From positions 62,001 through 126,000 of the forward strand of contig JAIVFI010000013.1 of the NCBI GenBank assembly GCA_025558095.1: DNA of 64,000 nt. The letters run 5' to 3'. The stretch's first letter is position 1, and every line of letters begins with the position of its first letter. The position numbers were made by a program, and so were the translations under genes. The notes beneath the pieces were generated by a model that saw only the letters and a list, made by a program, of their open reading frames with translations, did not search any database and was not told the DNA's origin. Below are positions 1-11,579 of the stretch, in pieces. The stretch is from Hyaloraphidium curvatum SAG 235-1 (taxonomy: Eukaryota; Fungi; Monoblepharomycota).

Positions 1-938
1 CAATAGGCAGCCATCCAGGGTCGACTTGCAGGCGGTGAGGGAGCTGCAAGAGCGCACACAGCAGTAGTTCTGGGCCGAGGAGCCCCCGGCGGGGCAGCTT
101 CCGAACGTGTTGGATGCCCCCGCGCATCCCCCCGACTGCCCATTGACAAGGAAATCGCCGATGGCCTGCGCCGATGAGCACCTGTTGCCGCCCTCCAGGT
201 GCGACAGGGCGGGCTTGGGCGTGCCCGGATCCGATGTGCCGTCCGAAAACGGGAAGAGCCCGGCCCGATACTGGTTGATCTTGGTCACGCAGTAGTCGTG
301 GAGCGCCGCCAGATCCGCGACGCTCATGCCGGTGGGAAAGTACTGGATCGTGACACCGTTGATGGTCGACGGCAGGCCCGAGTTGAACGTCGACTTGGGG
401 CGGTAGTAGCCTGTAGGGCGGTAGTCGACCCCGGCCGTCGCGTACCGGCGATAGAGCCTCGGGAAGTCCTCGTCGTTGTGCGCTACGCAGGCCACGTGGC
501 CGTCCGGAGCACCAGGGTGCGCGAACTCGCTGCAAGGTGGGGATTTTCGAAAGGGGCCCCGGCAGAGAGGCGGAGAGGAAGTAATGCCGGTAGAGGAGGA
601 GCGCCGAGTTTGACGGAAGAGCCGGGCAGACACGGAAAGTCAGAAGCGCGACGGGACAGGAGCGGAGCCGAAGTTACCAGTAGTCCGTTAGCGCGCATTC
701 CCCGCAGGACCTGCGGAACTCGACGACGGGGCCGCCAATATCGGTCTCGGAGCTGCCGAATTCCACAACGGGGCCGCCGGTGTCCGGCTCGTAGCTGGTG
801 GCGGCGGCGGAAGGGGTCAACGGTGCAATTTGCGCGGGAGGTGCGCGCGCCGCCCCACCCGCCCTCGGCCACCGGCGCCGCACGGCCAACCGCCGCGGCA
901 AGGATCAGCAGCAGCACCGAGGCCCGGAAGCGGTTCAT
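1..938 (-). CDS. Secreted CAP/SCP-like Cys-rich protein, 3' end runs off window
   Basis: ATG at 938 gives signal peptide MNRFRASVLLLILAAAVGRAAPVA. Two GT-AG introns follow, and exon 2 has a D(T/I)GGPVVEF repeat. The exon from about 530 to 1 is open and missing from the ORF track: ...LHDYCVTKINQYRAG...RCSSAQAIGD...NTFGSCPAGGSSAQNYCCVRSC...STLDGCLL, matching the CAP-family pattern C-x3-IN-x-YRA...AQN...DGCL. Confidence 0.6.
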
Positions 939-1358
939 TGCGGCCGCGTCCAACGTGCTTGGTGTGGCCGGCGGCGGAATATTAGCCACCCAGGCGATCG
1001 CAATATTTAGATGCCGCACGCGCTGTGCCGAAATCCATCGACCCAACGCCATTGGGGTCTATTGGGCCTGCCTGGAATGCAGCATGACCTCAGGACCGTT
1101 GGCGCGACCAGATTGATGCGCCCATCGGGAGCCGGAGTCGGAACTCGAGCACTGGAGCCTGCACCATCCATCTACCTGTATTCGCACATCGGGAATGAAA
1201 CGCTCGCTTGATCTCGTGGACCGCCAGGGACGGGTAGCGGAACCGCAGCAAATCTACCACGGAGTCGGCAACGTCCATGTCCGCGTCTCCGGACCATCCG
1301 ACGGCGACCTTCTGCCTTCGGCAGAACGCGGATCGCTCAGCCAACCACCATCGCCACC

Positions 1359-2062
1359 TCATCCCCCCACGCCCATTGCGTCCTCCTGGATCCGGAAAGG
1401 AGCGTGCGCGAGCAGCCGCAGCTCCCGAGCCACCGGAAACGTCGGCACCCGGCGCGGAGCGAAGAGATTGTGCATGCAATCGAGGAACAGGCGGCTCGGC
1501 GGTTGTAGTTCCAGCACAGCCAGCTCTGGAAAAGGCGATGCGGTGGTCTGCCATCCGTGGGTACAGGTCGACCAGGCCAGCTGCGGCAGTGTGGCGCACG
1601 AGGGCTGGAACAGCGAAGGATCGACGGAGGATTCTCGGCCGCACGCGGAGACCTCGAGCGCGAGCTTGGGCAGGCTTGCCACGCCCCGGCCAGAGATCGA
1701 CTTCCAAGGTTTTGAAATCTCTGATGCTGCTGAAAGTCGCACGAAGACGTAGGTGGCGCAGGTCCTGTTGGAACTCAAGGAGGTGCTGTCCGCCGAGAGG
1801 GAGCCCAGATCCAGATCAAGTTGTTCCAGCGCGGGAAGAACGGCCAGGAGGTCGGGCCATCAGGTGAATTCGCTGGCCTGCCACAGCTCTTCAGCACTTC
1901 AGCCACCTTTTGCAGCTCAACGATTCGAATCCTGCCTATCTTTTCTTCATCAACTACTAAGTACGAGCCAAGGATTGAGCTATGGTGATCACCGTAGAGC
2001 GTCTTCGCAGTTGAGCCTGCTCCAGCACTGAGTACACTGAGCCAATCGCCTGAGAACGTCAT
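1359..2062 (-). pseudogene. Possible decayed F-box/LRR-family gene remnant
   Basis: Fragments in different frames (LEQLDLDLGSL, FPELAVLELQ, LPKLALEV) resemble the LRR-like segments of the intact F-box-like genes in this window. There is no continuous ORF. Confidence 0.2.
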
Positions 2063-2381
2063 CTATGGTACTCTGTGAAGGGTGGCATCTTGTGACCACG
2101 TTGTTCAATTTCGATATCGCGCGGTCCCGTGAAGTTGAGCTCGCCGCACGGACGCCGGCCTCGAGCGTCGAGCGCCCGATCGCACCGTCCTCCCGTCCTC
2201 CGCTGGGGACCCGCCACATAAGCCGGGCGGGCCACTTCGCGTGCCTCTATTGGCTACGCTTTCTATGCCACGACTCAATTAGCATTATTGCCGGCTTTCG
2301 CGGACGGAAGCCGAGGGCAGAGCTGAGGCTCCGACACGAGGCGACTTCCCCGAAAGCTCTGCAACTGCCGCGCCTGCTGCG

Positions 2382-4428
2382 ATGGCGGAGCCTCCCGGCC
2401 GCGCACCGACGCCCATGCAGATCAATGGCACCGCATCGACGGTCGTCAGCGTGCCGCTGACCCCCGACGGCTTGGCTCCCCATTCCCCGCCCTCCCCGCT
2501 TCTATCGCCAAACAGCGCTCTCCCCTCTCCCGCGGGCTCGGCGCCTCCGAACCAAAATGGCGCGCCTCCAGTCCCCTCCCAGCTTCCACCCCCTCTACCT
2601 CTTTCCCCCGTTTCGTCGGTCTCGCCCTTTTCCTTCGCGGCCGGCTCCGCCACGGGCACTCCAGCTCCCGCGCCAGACCTGTACCGCACCTCTACGCTAC
2701 GGCGCAGCGCGATCACCGGGACCGCGGCACTCGACCAGCTGGAGAAGGAGGACGCCGAGGACTCGGACTGGACGCGGCGGATCAAATGGCTGCGGGACCT
2801 TTACGACATTCTCGGCCTGCCTGGGCTGCTCAAGTACGACCCCAACAACCACTACAAGTTGCGGCAAGGGGAGATTGAGCGGAGGGCGCGGCACAAGGAG
2901 GAAAAGACCCGACAGCGCGAAGAGCGTCGGAAGGCCGGGGAGCGCTGCCCTTGGTGGCCATGGCCATCAAATCCGGGTGGCCAGGGCAGAGACACGCCCG
3001 AGGGCGATGCTAAAGATGCCACCCCAACAGACCCCGACGAGGAGGACATCGAGTATCAGATCGTCCTGGACCTGGCGACCTCAGGGGCCCTCGAGAACCG
3101 CGTAGGTATCGATGTCCACGCGCTTCCGGACCCCTCGGATCCCAACTACGCCGACGAGATGCGCGACGTGATCGACCGCGTCAAGCACCCCCGCCGGGTC
3201 AATATCTGCTATGCCTCGTGCTGCGGCGCCTTTCCGGTGCTTTGGCCGCAGTGGCGCCTGCGGCTGCGTCGGACGCTGAGGGACCCTCTTTACTCGTGGC
3301 TGGCAAACGTGTGGTCGCTTTTCATCGCTCTGACGATTGTCGTGTCCTTGGCCGTGCTGGTGATCGAAAGTGTGGAATCGGTCACCACCATTCCGGAGTG
3401 GCGCGAGGTCATGCAGTACACGTCGCTAGCCGTGCTAGTCACCTTCACCGCGGAACTGCTCCTGAGCTGGCTGACCATGAAGAATGTGCTCGAGTTCTTC
3501 TCGTGGAGCAACTTTGTGAACCTCGTAACCGTGATCCCGCCTGCGGTCGTCGTGGCTCTGCGCTTCGAGAGGGGCACGGACCCGACGGTCGCCAGCGTGA
3601 TGCAGAAACTTCTCGTGCTGCGGGTTTTCAAGCTCACGGACCTGGCGCAGCGGTCGCCACGCGTGTCGCTCATGTTTACTGCCATCCAGAAGTCGTGGGA
3701 CGGCATCCTCTCCCTCGTCGTCGCCGACCTGGGCCTTATGGTGTTCTTCTCCACCGTCGTTTTCTACGCCGAGACGACGGGCATGATCCTGGAGGCGGAC
3801 GGGCTCTGGTACTACAACGAGTACTACGGCGGAGGCGTTTCCCCGTTCCAGAACATTCCCGTTACCTTCTGGTTCACGGTGGGACGCCATCCTCGCGCGG
3901 TTCTTTTCCAACTGACTCCTCTCCCCGCAGATTGTAAGCATCACCACGACGGGCTACGGCGATATGGTCCCCCGCACCGTCGCCGGCAAGATCTGCACCA
4001 GCGTCATGCTCATCCTCGCGGCGGCGCTGATCGCCTTCCCGCTGGCCATCATCAACGCCAACTTCAGCGCGCTCGTGGGCGCCCAGGAAGCGGGGAAGCA
4101 GGAGCGCCGCGAGCGCAGGAGGATGCGGAGGGCCATGACGCGGCGCCCGACGGCCTCCGCGACCGCCGCGGGGAACGAGGTCAAGGCGGCCGAGATGGTG
4201 CTCATGTGGCACGTCTTCGGGGTGTCGGAAGAGCAGTGCTCGCTCAGGGTGCCGCGGGCGCTGCTCGCGAGGGTGCTGGGCACCGCCGACGTGGAAGGGA
4301 CGCTGGCAAAGAGCGGATGGCAGCTGACGCCGGAGGGGGCGCTGGCCAGACCGCGCGCCCTGGTCGGACCGGAGACCGAGTCGGTCCAGGAGGCGCTGAG
4401 GATGCTACTTATGGGCAAGGCAACATGA
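2382..4428 (+). CDS. 6-TM voltage-gated (Kv/Shaker-like) potassium channel
   Basis: Exons 2382-3878 and 3931-4428 (intron 3879-3930, GT..CTGAC..CAG). Splicing gives the pore FWFT|IVSITTTGYGDMVPRTVAGK and S6 LIAFPLAII. S1-S5 hydrophobic segments lie upstream, with a Pro-rich N-terminus. Confidence 0.92.
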
Positions 4429-4488
4429 CAACCAATTCCGTGTTCTATTCGCCGCATGTGCGCAGGTTCTGTACTAAAAGTATGGTGC

Positions 4489-5660
4489 TCAGATCTTGCT
4501 CTTGCTTTTGGCTGTCCGAGGTGCCGGTCCGTTAGTCACGGAGAAGAAGGCTGCGCGACGGGCCTTCAACCCCACCTTTGAGCTCCGCAGCCTTCTTCGC
4601 GATCTCCTTGGCGGGGATGCCGGTGATCGCGTGGCTCGCCATCTCCTCCACGCTCCGCGCGTTCCCCTGGAGCAGCGTCGGCATCGTCAGCTCGCGGATC
4701 ATCCTCTTGGCCTTGAGCACGGCGACGCGGTTGTTGCCCTGGAGGAGCGTGGCGAGGTAGTCGCCGAGCGCCTGCTGGAAGGTGGCGGCGGGCAGGATGC
4801 GGCTGACACTGGGTGAGATGAGGCTGGAGACCATTCCTTCCCGAACCTACTTGGCGAAACCGCAGGCCACCATCTCCTGCGCGGTAAGCTTCCTTCCGAA
4901 CATCTGAACGAAGACGGCGCTGATAAGCACCAGACAACGAAGCAAACCAGCATGTTCGACCCCACCAAAACCTCGCTCGCCATCCCAACGCCCATCCGGA
5001 GCGTGTACGAGACAGCGGAGCCGCCCTCGGGAATCAGTCCAAGGCTCGAAAAGGGCACATGGAGCGTCGCGTTGTCGGCGACGACGACAATGTCCGCCAG
5101 CGCCGTCTAAAAGACACCTTCTCGTCAGCCTCCGCCTCATCACGGATCCGACCGAACGCACCCATGCCGCGCTGATCCCGACAACGGGTCCATTGAGAGC
5201 AAAGACGACAGGTTTCGGGTGGCGAATCAAGAGCTTGCCGATGAGGTCGACCCTTGGAATCCACTGATTCAGACCTTCCCGTCCTGGTTCCCGACGACGA
5301 AACGACCGACCATCCGAAACCCTCGGTCTCTCCCAGCAGCTTCAAGGCATCGGTACCCTCGGTGGACCGATCCCGCTTCGACGCCTGGCCTCCGCCGTTG
5401 GTCACATCGACGCCGGCAGAAAAGAACCTGCCCTCGCCCGTGATCACGGTCAACGTGGTTTCCGGGTGCTCTGCGAGCTCATGGAGGGCCGCGATGAGTT
5501 GGTGGATCAGGGGAGGCGACAAGGAGTTGAGCTGTTTCGGCCGGTTGAGCTTGACTGTATCCGACGTTCCGGGCGTCAGAGGAGCCTGCAACTCGAGCAC
5601 TGGGGAGCACGCACTAGTCCCAATCGCGCCGTCGACCGTCAGAATGATCTCGTTGGCCAT
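4489..5660 (-). CDS. Peroxisomal enoyl-CoA delta-isomerase / crotonase-family protein
   Basis: ATG at 5660 (MANEIILTVDGAIG). Crotonase motifs LNRPKQLNSL, GEGRFFSAGVD, HPKPVVFALNGPVVGISAAW and PFSSLGLIPEGG lie across several introns. The last intron (4512-4575) gives the C-terminus ...ELKAKSKSKI*, a PTS1-like signal. Confidence 0.88.
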
Positions 5661-5851
5661 TTGGGCTATGAACGCGAGAGCACGGCTCCGTGGATCTTCC
5701 GGGGGACAAAGGATTGGTCCGAGCCACACACTGACTTTGCCGGTCGGCGCGGTGGGCGGAGTTGCCGCTCCAGGCTCCGCTGGGCGTCGGGGAGCCTCGT
5801 CGGGTTCGGGAAGCTGTGCGGCTCGGGACGGTGTACTGGTGGAGGACCGGC

Positions 5852-6952
5852 ATGCCCAGCGCGGTGGATGAGGCCGCTGGCGGGCGTGAGGGCGACGAGC
5901 ACCTTCCACCCGAGCTGCTTGTTCCCATAATGGAGCACCTCGCGCGGACCAGGCTGAGACGGACGCTGCTTCGACTCATGCTGTCGTCGCGAACTTCCTA
6001 TGAGCTCGGTCTTCCTGCCCTGCTCCGAACACTGTCGCTCTCGCCAGGCGACGGCTTCGATGCCCGCACTCTGCGGCGGTTTTCTCGCGACTTTCTCGGC
6101 TCGGACAAGTTCCGCCACGTGCGGGAGCTCATCATCGGCACGGAGCTGGTGGCTGCGGAGTCCATTCCCTCTCTCCTGCCTCGGTGTTCGCGGCTCGCGA
6201 AGCTGCACGTCATCACGCCCTACCCGGACGTCGTCCGCGTTGTCTGGGAGGGCCTGGAGAAAGCACCGGAGACCCTCAAGGAGATCCGTCTGTCGTTGTT
6301 CCGCGACGCCGCAACGTTCTTCCTGCCCTCGCACCGCGTTCCAATGAGCGTGGTCCGAGTCGATCTCTTCTTCGAACCCGACTTACCCGAGCACCCAGTG
6401 CTCGCGATGCTGGACCGAAACGCGCCCGGATTGAAGAGCTGGAACCTGCGTTCCGTCTACGAAGTCGACTCCGGTCTTTGCCGCTTTCCGAGGCTCGCGG
6501 CCAAGTTGGAGAGCGCTCGTTTGGACTGGTCCTCTGCCCCGGACTTTTTTGCCGTACCCGATCTCTCCGGGCTCAAGGATTTGGCGGTCACGGGCCTCAA
6601 CCGCCTCGCGAATTGGAACCTGTGGACCGCCCTTTCGCGCCTCGAGAACCTGGAGAAGCTCGCCCTCTGGCGACTCGGGACCCTCCACCTCCCCGGAATC
6701 GACGGGTTGGCGCCGTCGGTACGCAGCGTCGATATCTGGAGCCCGATTCCGCTCCTGCGGGATGATCTCCAGGCGGACGTGGCATCGGCATTCGCCCGGC
6801 TGGCCAGCAGGGGGACGAGGGTCAGGTTCCATCCGACGGGGACCCATTGGGCGGATCCGCGGCACGATGGCGAACGGGAGTTTCTCTCCTCGCTACCTGC
6901 GGTGGACTGGGTGGAGCCGGATCGTTGCGCGTGGTCTCGGAGCGAGGCTTGA
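5852..6952 (+). CDS. F-box-like / LRR-like protein
   Basis: Intronless ORF with N-terminal HLPPELLVPIMEHL F-box-like motif followed by degenerate LxxLxL repeats. Confidence 0.7.
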   Translation: MPSAVDEAAGGREGDEHLPPELLVPIMEHLARTRLRRTLLRLMLSSRTSYELGLPALLRTLSLSPGDGFDARTLRRFSRDFLGSDKFRHVRELIIGTELVAAESIPSLLPRCSRLAKLHVITPYPDVVRVVWEGLEKAPETLKEIRLSLFRDAATFFLPSHRVPMSVVRVDLFFEPDLPEHPVLAMLDRNAPGLKSWNLRSVYEVDSGLCRFPRLAAKLESARLDWSSAPDFFAVPDLSGLKDLAVTGLNRLANWNLWTALSRLENLEKLALWRLGTLHLPGIDGLAPSVRSVDIWSPIPLLRDDLQADVASAFARLASRGTRVRFHPTGTHWADPRHDGEREFLSSLPAVDWVEPDRCAWSRSEA

Positions 6953-7363
6953 TGTAACTGGAATCGCTTCACGAGACAAGAAAGTCTGGGATGAAAGACG
7001 GATCGCTTCATTTCATCCGAAAGTTCTTTTGGTTACTTTGCTTTTCAGGGAAAAGGGCCAGCCGTTTCGCGTGAGGAGGCGCACGGTTGTCTCGTGGAAA
7101 TGGAGAGCGACGAACGGCCGCTAGACAACAGGAATAGCACAACCTACAGCAACGACATGAATGCTTCAACAAGTGCTCTCGACTGAAGTTTTTGCACTTT
7201 TGTCGCGGTCAACGCGTGAAATTCGGAGTTTGGGGCCGTCGGAGTGACTCAGCGTGCGGCTTTTCGCATTAGTCCATAAGGAGACAGTCGGCTCGCGGGC
7301 CGGCCTCAGCGCTCTTTTCGGCCCATCACTCCACCCGGTCGTCCTCGTTCCCTCGTCGTCACC

Positions 7364-8911
7364 ATGGCCCGGCTGCTGCTCGCCGTGTTCGCGGTGCTGG
7401 CCTTTGTGGCCCACGCCTTCGCCGGTACGTGTCTGCCGCCCAGGGCTGCTCCGTCGCAACGCGCCTCACCGCTCCGTCCGCCTTCTCCTTTACGCCCCAA
7501 CTCCCCACATCCTCCCTGTCCCTCACCTCCCTGTGCCCCGCAACAGCGCCCCAGGGCGGCGAGGCCAAGTACGGCCCCGGCGTTTCGTACAAGGGCGCGG
7601 GGCCGCCGAGCGCGCTCACGGTCACGGTGCCGCAGAAGGTCGTCTCGTACATCACCGTCCCGACGTACTACACGCAGAAGAAGCTGTTCGTGTCGCGCTT
7701 CTCCTGCTCGTGCGTGTGCTGGGTGGTCTGACGCATTCTCTCCGTCGTCGCCTGCGGTGTCTGCCCTCCGCCACCTCTACCTCCTTCCGCCTCTCGCCGC
7801 TGCGCGCAGGGTTACCGTCACGACGCCCGTCACCGTCTACTCGACCGCGTACGCGACCAACGTGATCACGCAGACCCAGACGCAATACGTCACTTCGGCG
7901 GTGGGCTTCGCAGCACTGATCACGCTCATCACCGCTCTGATGCACCTGTGCTTTGCAGATCACGATTCCCGTGACCTCCGTGCTGGCGCAGACTGTCGCT
8001 GTGGCCACCACCGTGACCGTCAAGGTCGTCGTGCCGTGCGTACATCGCGGGGCTTCCGGCGGTCTCCATCTGACGCCTCCCACCATCCCCACGCAGCGTG
8101 ACGACCTACGTGCCCACCACCGTCGTCTCGATGGCCACCGTCAGCGTGACGACCGCGGCGTACGCCACGGCCACCAGCTACACGACCGTCGTGATCAAGA
8201 AGGCGATCGTGCGTGTCCGGATGCATGAGTCTGCGTCGGATCCAACTGACCTTCCCTCTTCTTCAGCCGACCTACTCGGTGGTGACCGTGCCCGTGACCG
8301 TTAGCCAGGTCGTCGTAAGTGCCTCGCATGCATCGCTTGTGATCATCGCCGACGTTTCTCTGCACCGCAGGTCACGTCGATCGTGCTCCCGGTCCCGTAC
8401 TACCCCGGCAAGGAGGTGGGCTACTCGACCCCCGGCGGTGTCACCACCGGCGTTGCGACCGGAACCGGCGTCGGCACGGCTACTGGAGGCGTCGGCGGCA
8501 CGACTACTGTTGCGACTGGCGGCGGTGCTGGCACTGCGACCGGCGGCGGCGCTGGCACTCTGACCAAGGTCGTCGCCCCCACTACGGCTGCTCCGACCAC
8601 GGCTGCTCCGACCACGGCTGCTCCGACCACGGCTGCTCCGACCACGGCTTCTTCGATCACGGCTGCTCCCACCACCGCAACCGGAGGCGCCACGACCCTG
8701 ACCGGCGGCACCGCGACTCTGACGCCCATCGGGACGACCACGGTGCGTTCTGATCGCATGCATCCGCCTCTTGGCTCACGTCTGACGGCAGCGCTTCACG
8801 GCCGGGACCGGCACGGGCACTGCCCCGCTCCCGACCTCGGCCATCTAGGCCGCCAAGCCCTCGGTGCCGGGCGCCGTGACCGCGGTTCTGCCGCCGGCCG
8901 GGGCCGCCTGA
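7364..8911 (+). CDS. Secreted Val/Thr-rich cell-wall or mucin-like glycoprotein
   Basis: Signal peptide MARLLLAVFAVLAFVAHAFA and about 7 short introns. Exons encode V/T/Y-rich strands (VTVTTPVTVYSTAY, VTTYVPTTVVSMATVSVTT), a Gly/Thr region and TTAAP repeats. The predicted last exon 8849-8911 is AAKPSVPGAVTAVLPPAGAA*. Confidence 0.75.
8581..8650 (+). repeat. 15-bp coding tandem repeat (ACCACGGCTGCTCCG)n encoding TTAAP
   Basis: Four near-perfect units plus a partial one are visible directly. Confidence 0.9.
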
Positions 8912-9176
8912 GCGCGAGGCGAACAAGGACACCGGAGAACTGATGGAGCACCTTCTTGCACGCAGCCCGCCTCGTGGATGACTCTTCGTGGTGGGACAGA
9001 AAAGGGAAAAAAAGCAGAAAACGTAGAATAACCCCGAAGCGGGCGATGTATCCCCCCGTACATTCCGTTTCGGTTACTTGGTGCCCGATCGTCCATCATC
9101 CGGTCACGGGTTGGTCTCGGACAGGTTGGGTCCCAGCAGGAAGCTTCAAGATCGTCACGCTTCTTCCAACATGCAC

Positions 9177-10665
9177 TCAATCATCGGCATCAGACTTCCC
9201 ATCGCCGTCGACGCCACCTTCTGCGACCACCGCCTCGTCTCCGCTGGCAATGTCGCCCTTGCTTCCCTCGTCCCCATCCGCCGCCCCGCCCGCGCTCTCG
9301 TCCCCAGCATCGCTGCCCTCCTCTGAGTCCTCCCCGTCCTGACTTCCATCACCCTCTTCCCCATCCGCCTCCTCCCCATTGAACGATGAATCCGTGACCC
9401 ACTCGTATGCGTACTCGATCTCTTGCCCCTCCTCCCCCTCCCCCTCCCCCTCCTCCTCGTCCTCGTCCTCGTCGTCGCTCGCGAGGTCGTCGTCGCTGTC
9501 CCAGCCCGCCTGCCGCAGGCCGTTGATGTCCCATCCGGCGCGCCGGACGGCCCGCTCGAAGCCCCGGCGGTCCATGACCTCGTTGTCGTCCCATTCGATG
9601 CCGGTGTTGTCTTTCGGGCGCCGATCAGCGACAACCAGGGTAACCAATGCGGAGAGACCCACAGCAAAGCACCTCGTACTTCTGGGTCTGCGTGGTGACG
9701 GCCAGGTTCTCGTCGTCCATCTCGGGGTCCTCCCCGCGCTTGGGCAGCGGGAACGCGGTGCTCAGGTGCCAGCAGGACTGCAGGAAGAATCCCCAGTGCT
9801 TGCTGTGCCTCCCGACCACGGCGGCGGGGGTGTTCCAGACGCGGATGAAGCGGCCGATCTCGCCGACGCGGCCTTCGGCGGAGCGGACGAACCGCCAGCG
9901 GGTGTCGTTCATGGCGTACGGGCCCGTGACGCGGCCGTCGGGATGGTACTTGCGCTCCCGCGGCGGCAGGCCGCGGAACCAGGGATCATCGTCGGTGAAG
10001 TGAGGTCCGGCGACCTCCTTGAATCGCCTGGAAAACACATTCGGTCAGGCCCAAGAACCGACGGCTTTCCGCAGCCCAAAGCCAACCATTGCCAGGTAAA
10101 GCTGCACATCTCCTCGGCCGTTATGGTATCCCTCGTGCTGTCTTCCAAGCTGAGCTTGTACGCTTCCTTGGGGTCCCCCGCTTCGAGCATGTCCCTGAAC
10201 CTGGAAGGCAAACAAGCTCCGTGACCAAATCTCGCCGACAGAACATCCCGCCTCCCACCTTTGCGGCACATAAGTCTTGTCGGACCACAGGTTCCGCGTC
10301 ACGAAGCTCCACAGCCGGCCGTCGTTGGAAGCGACGTGCCATGCCCGCGACACCCTGGAACACGTGGCCAGCGCGGGCGGCGTCGCGAGGAACGTCAGCA
10401 TGTGCAAGAAGACCTGCAGATGACGGGCATGGTATCGTCAGATCGGAGCGTGGCGCCGCAACGGCGGTGAGCGACCGACCTCGATGGGGAACGCGAGCGC
10501 GGGATCCGTGGGCATCTCCTCGCCGCCATCGTCCGGCGCGGGAGACGGCGCGCTCGGTGTCTTCTGACCGCGACGGCGCAGCCCGGATGGGCGCTTCTCG
10601 CTCCGTCGCGGCGATCCGAGCGCGAGGTCGGCGATGCGCGGGGGAGACGGGACCGAGTCGGCCAT
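9177..10665 (-). CDS. F-box protein with long acidic C-terminal tail
   Basis: Exon 1 MADSVPSPPR...AFPIE splices to VFLHMLTFLATPPALATCSRVSRAWH (F-box). Middle exons read DSTRDTITAEEMCSFTW / RFKEVAG...DPWFRG...HWGFFLQSCW. The last exon is D/E-rich. Confidence 0.8.
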
Positions 10666-10975
10666 GGGGATAGCGGGCGAACCTGGCCAGAGGAGGCACG
10701 GCGTTACGGATCCGATATTGCAGAATGTGCGGACCCGTTTCCGAGGTTACCTATGTCGTTTTGGCGGCGCGAAGCGGATCCGGAACTGCTTATGTGGTGC
10801 CGTGTTACTCCGCGCGCATCCGCCCGCACGCTGCTCTCCAGAACTCTGATTGCCCGCGATAGGCGTCCAGTAGCTCGTTCGTTCAAGAAAGCGAAGATTG
10901 CTGTTCGATATCCGCTTTGGCTCGCTCCGATTCACGATACGGGGGGGAGGGCCCTGCTCCTCGACGTCCGGCTTC

Positions 10976-11536
10976 ATGGACGCTCCTCGCGACTTCCGGA
11001 TCGTCGGCTTCACAGGCCACCGCAACCTCCACGATCCGGAATCCGCCCGGACCTCCATCGCAACGGCAATCGCCCAGTTCCGCCGCGGATCGCCCTCCCT
11101 CGACCGCGCGGTCTCTTCCGCCGCTGCGGGCGCCGACCTCGCGTTCGCCCGGGCCGCATTGGGTCTCGGCATGCGTTGGAAGGCCGTGCTTCCGCTCCCC
11201 GAGGACGAGTTTGCGCGGGACTTTTCGGCTGCGGAGTGGGAAGAGGTCCGGACGCTGCTTTCCCGCGCCGTCTTGACCACGGTTCCCAGCTTGGATCGCG
11301 ACAGAACGCGCGAGGATGCCTACCTAGCAGCCGGCCACGCGGTCGTGGACGATTGCGATGTGCTGCTCGCCTTCTGGGACCGCCTTCCCGCGAGAGGCCA
11401 GGGAGGCACCGCGGACGTCGTCGCCTACGCTCGACGGACCGGACGGCCTGTGGTTATCATCGATCCCGAAACGGGGACGACGGCGGACGAACTCCGAAGC
11501 ATCTTCCCGGTATCGCACAGATTCATTGTAGAATGA
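10976..11536 (+). CDS. Stand-alone SLOG-superfamily (YspA-like) nucleotide-binding protein, bacterial type
   Basis: 186-aa intronless ORF with SLOG motifs IVGFTGHR, SSAAAGADLAFA, AYLAAGHAVVDDCDVLLAFWD and GQGGTADVVAYAR. Confidence 0.85.
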   Translation: MDAPRDFRIVGFTGHRNLHDPESARTSIATAIAQFRRGSPSLDRAVSSAAAGADLAFARAALGLGMRWKAVLPLPEDEFARDFSAAEWEEVRTLLSRAVLTTVPSLDRDRTREDAYLAAGHAVVDDCDVLLAFWDRLPARGQGGTADVVAYARRTGRPVVIIDPETGTTADELRSIFPVSHRFIVE

Positions 11537-11579
11537 GCTACAGAGATAGATATTCCGCTATATCAGTTTGGTATCGTCC

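Noticed and set aside
8581-8650. Short direct repeats as a CRISPR-like array
   Set aside because: No spacers. They are in-frame coding TTAAP repeats in a eukaryotic gene.
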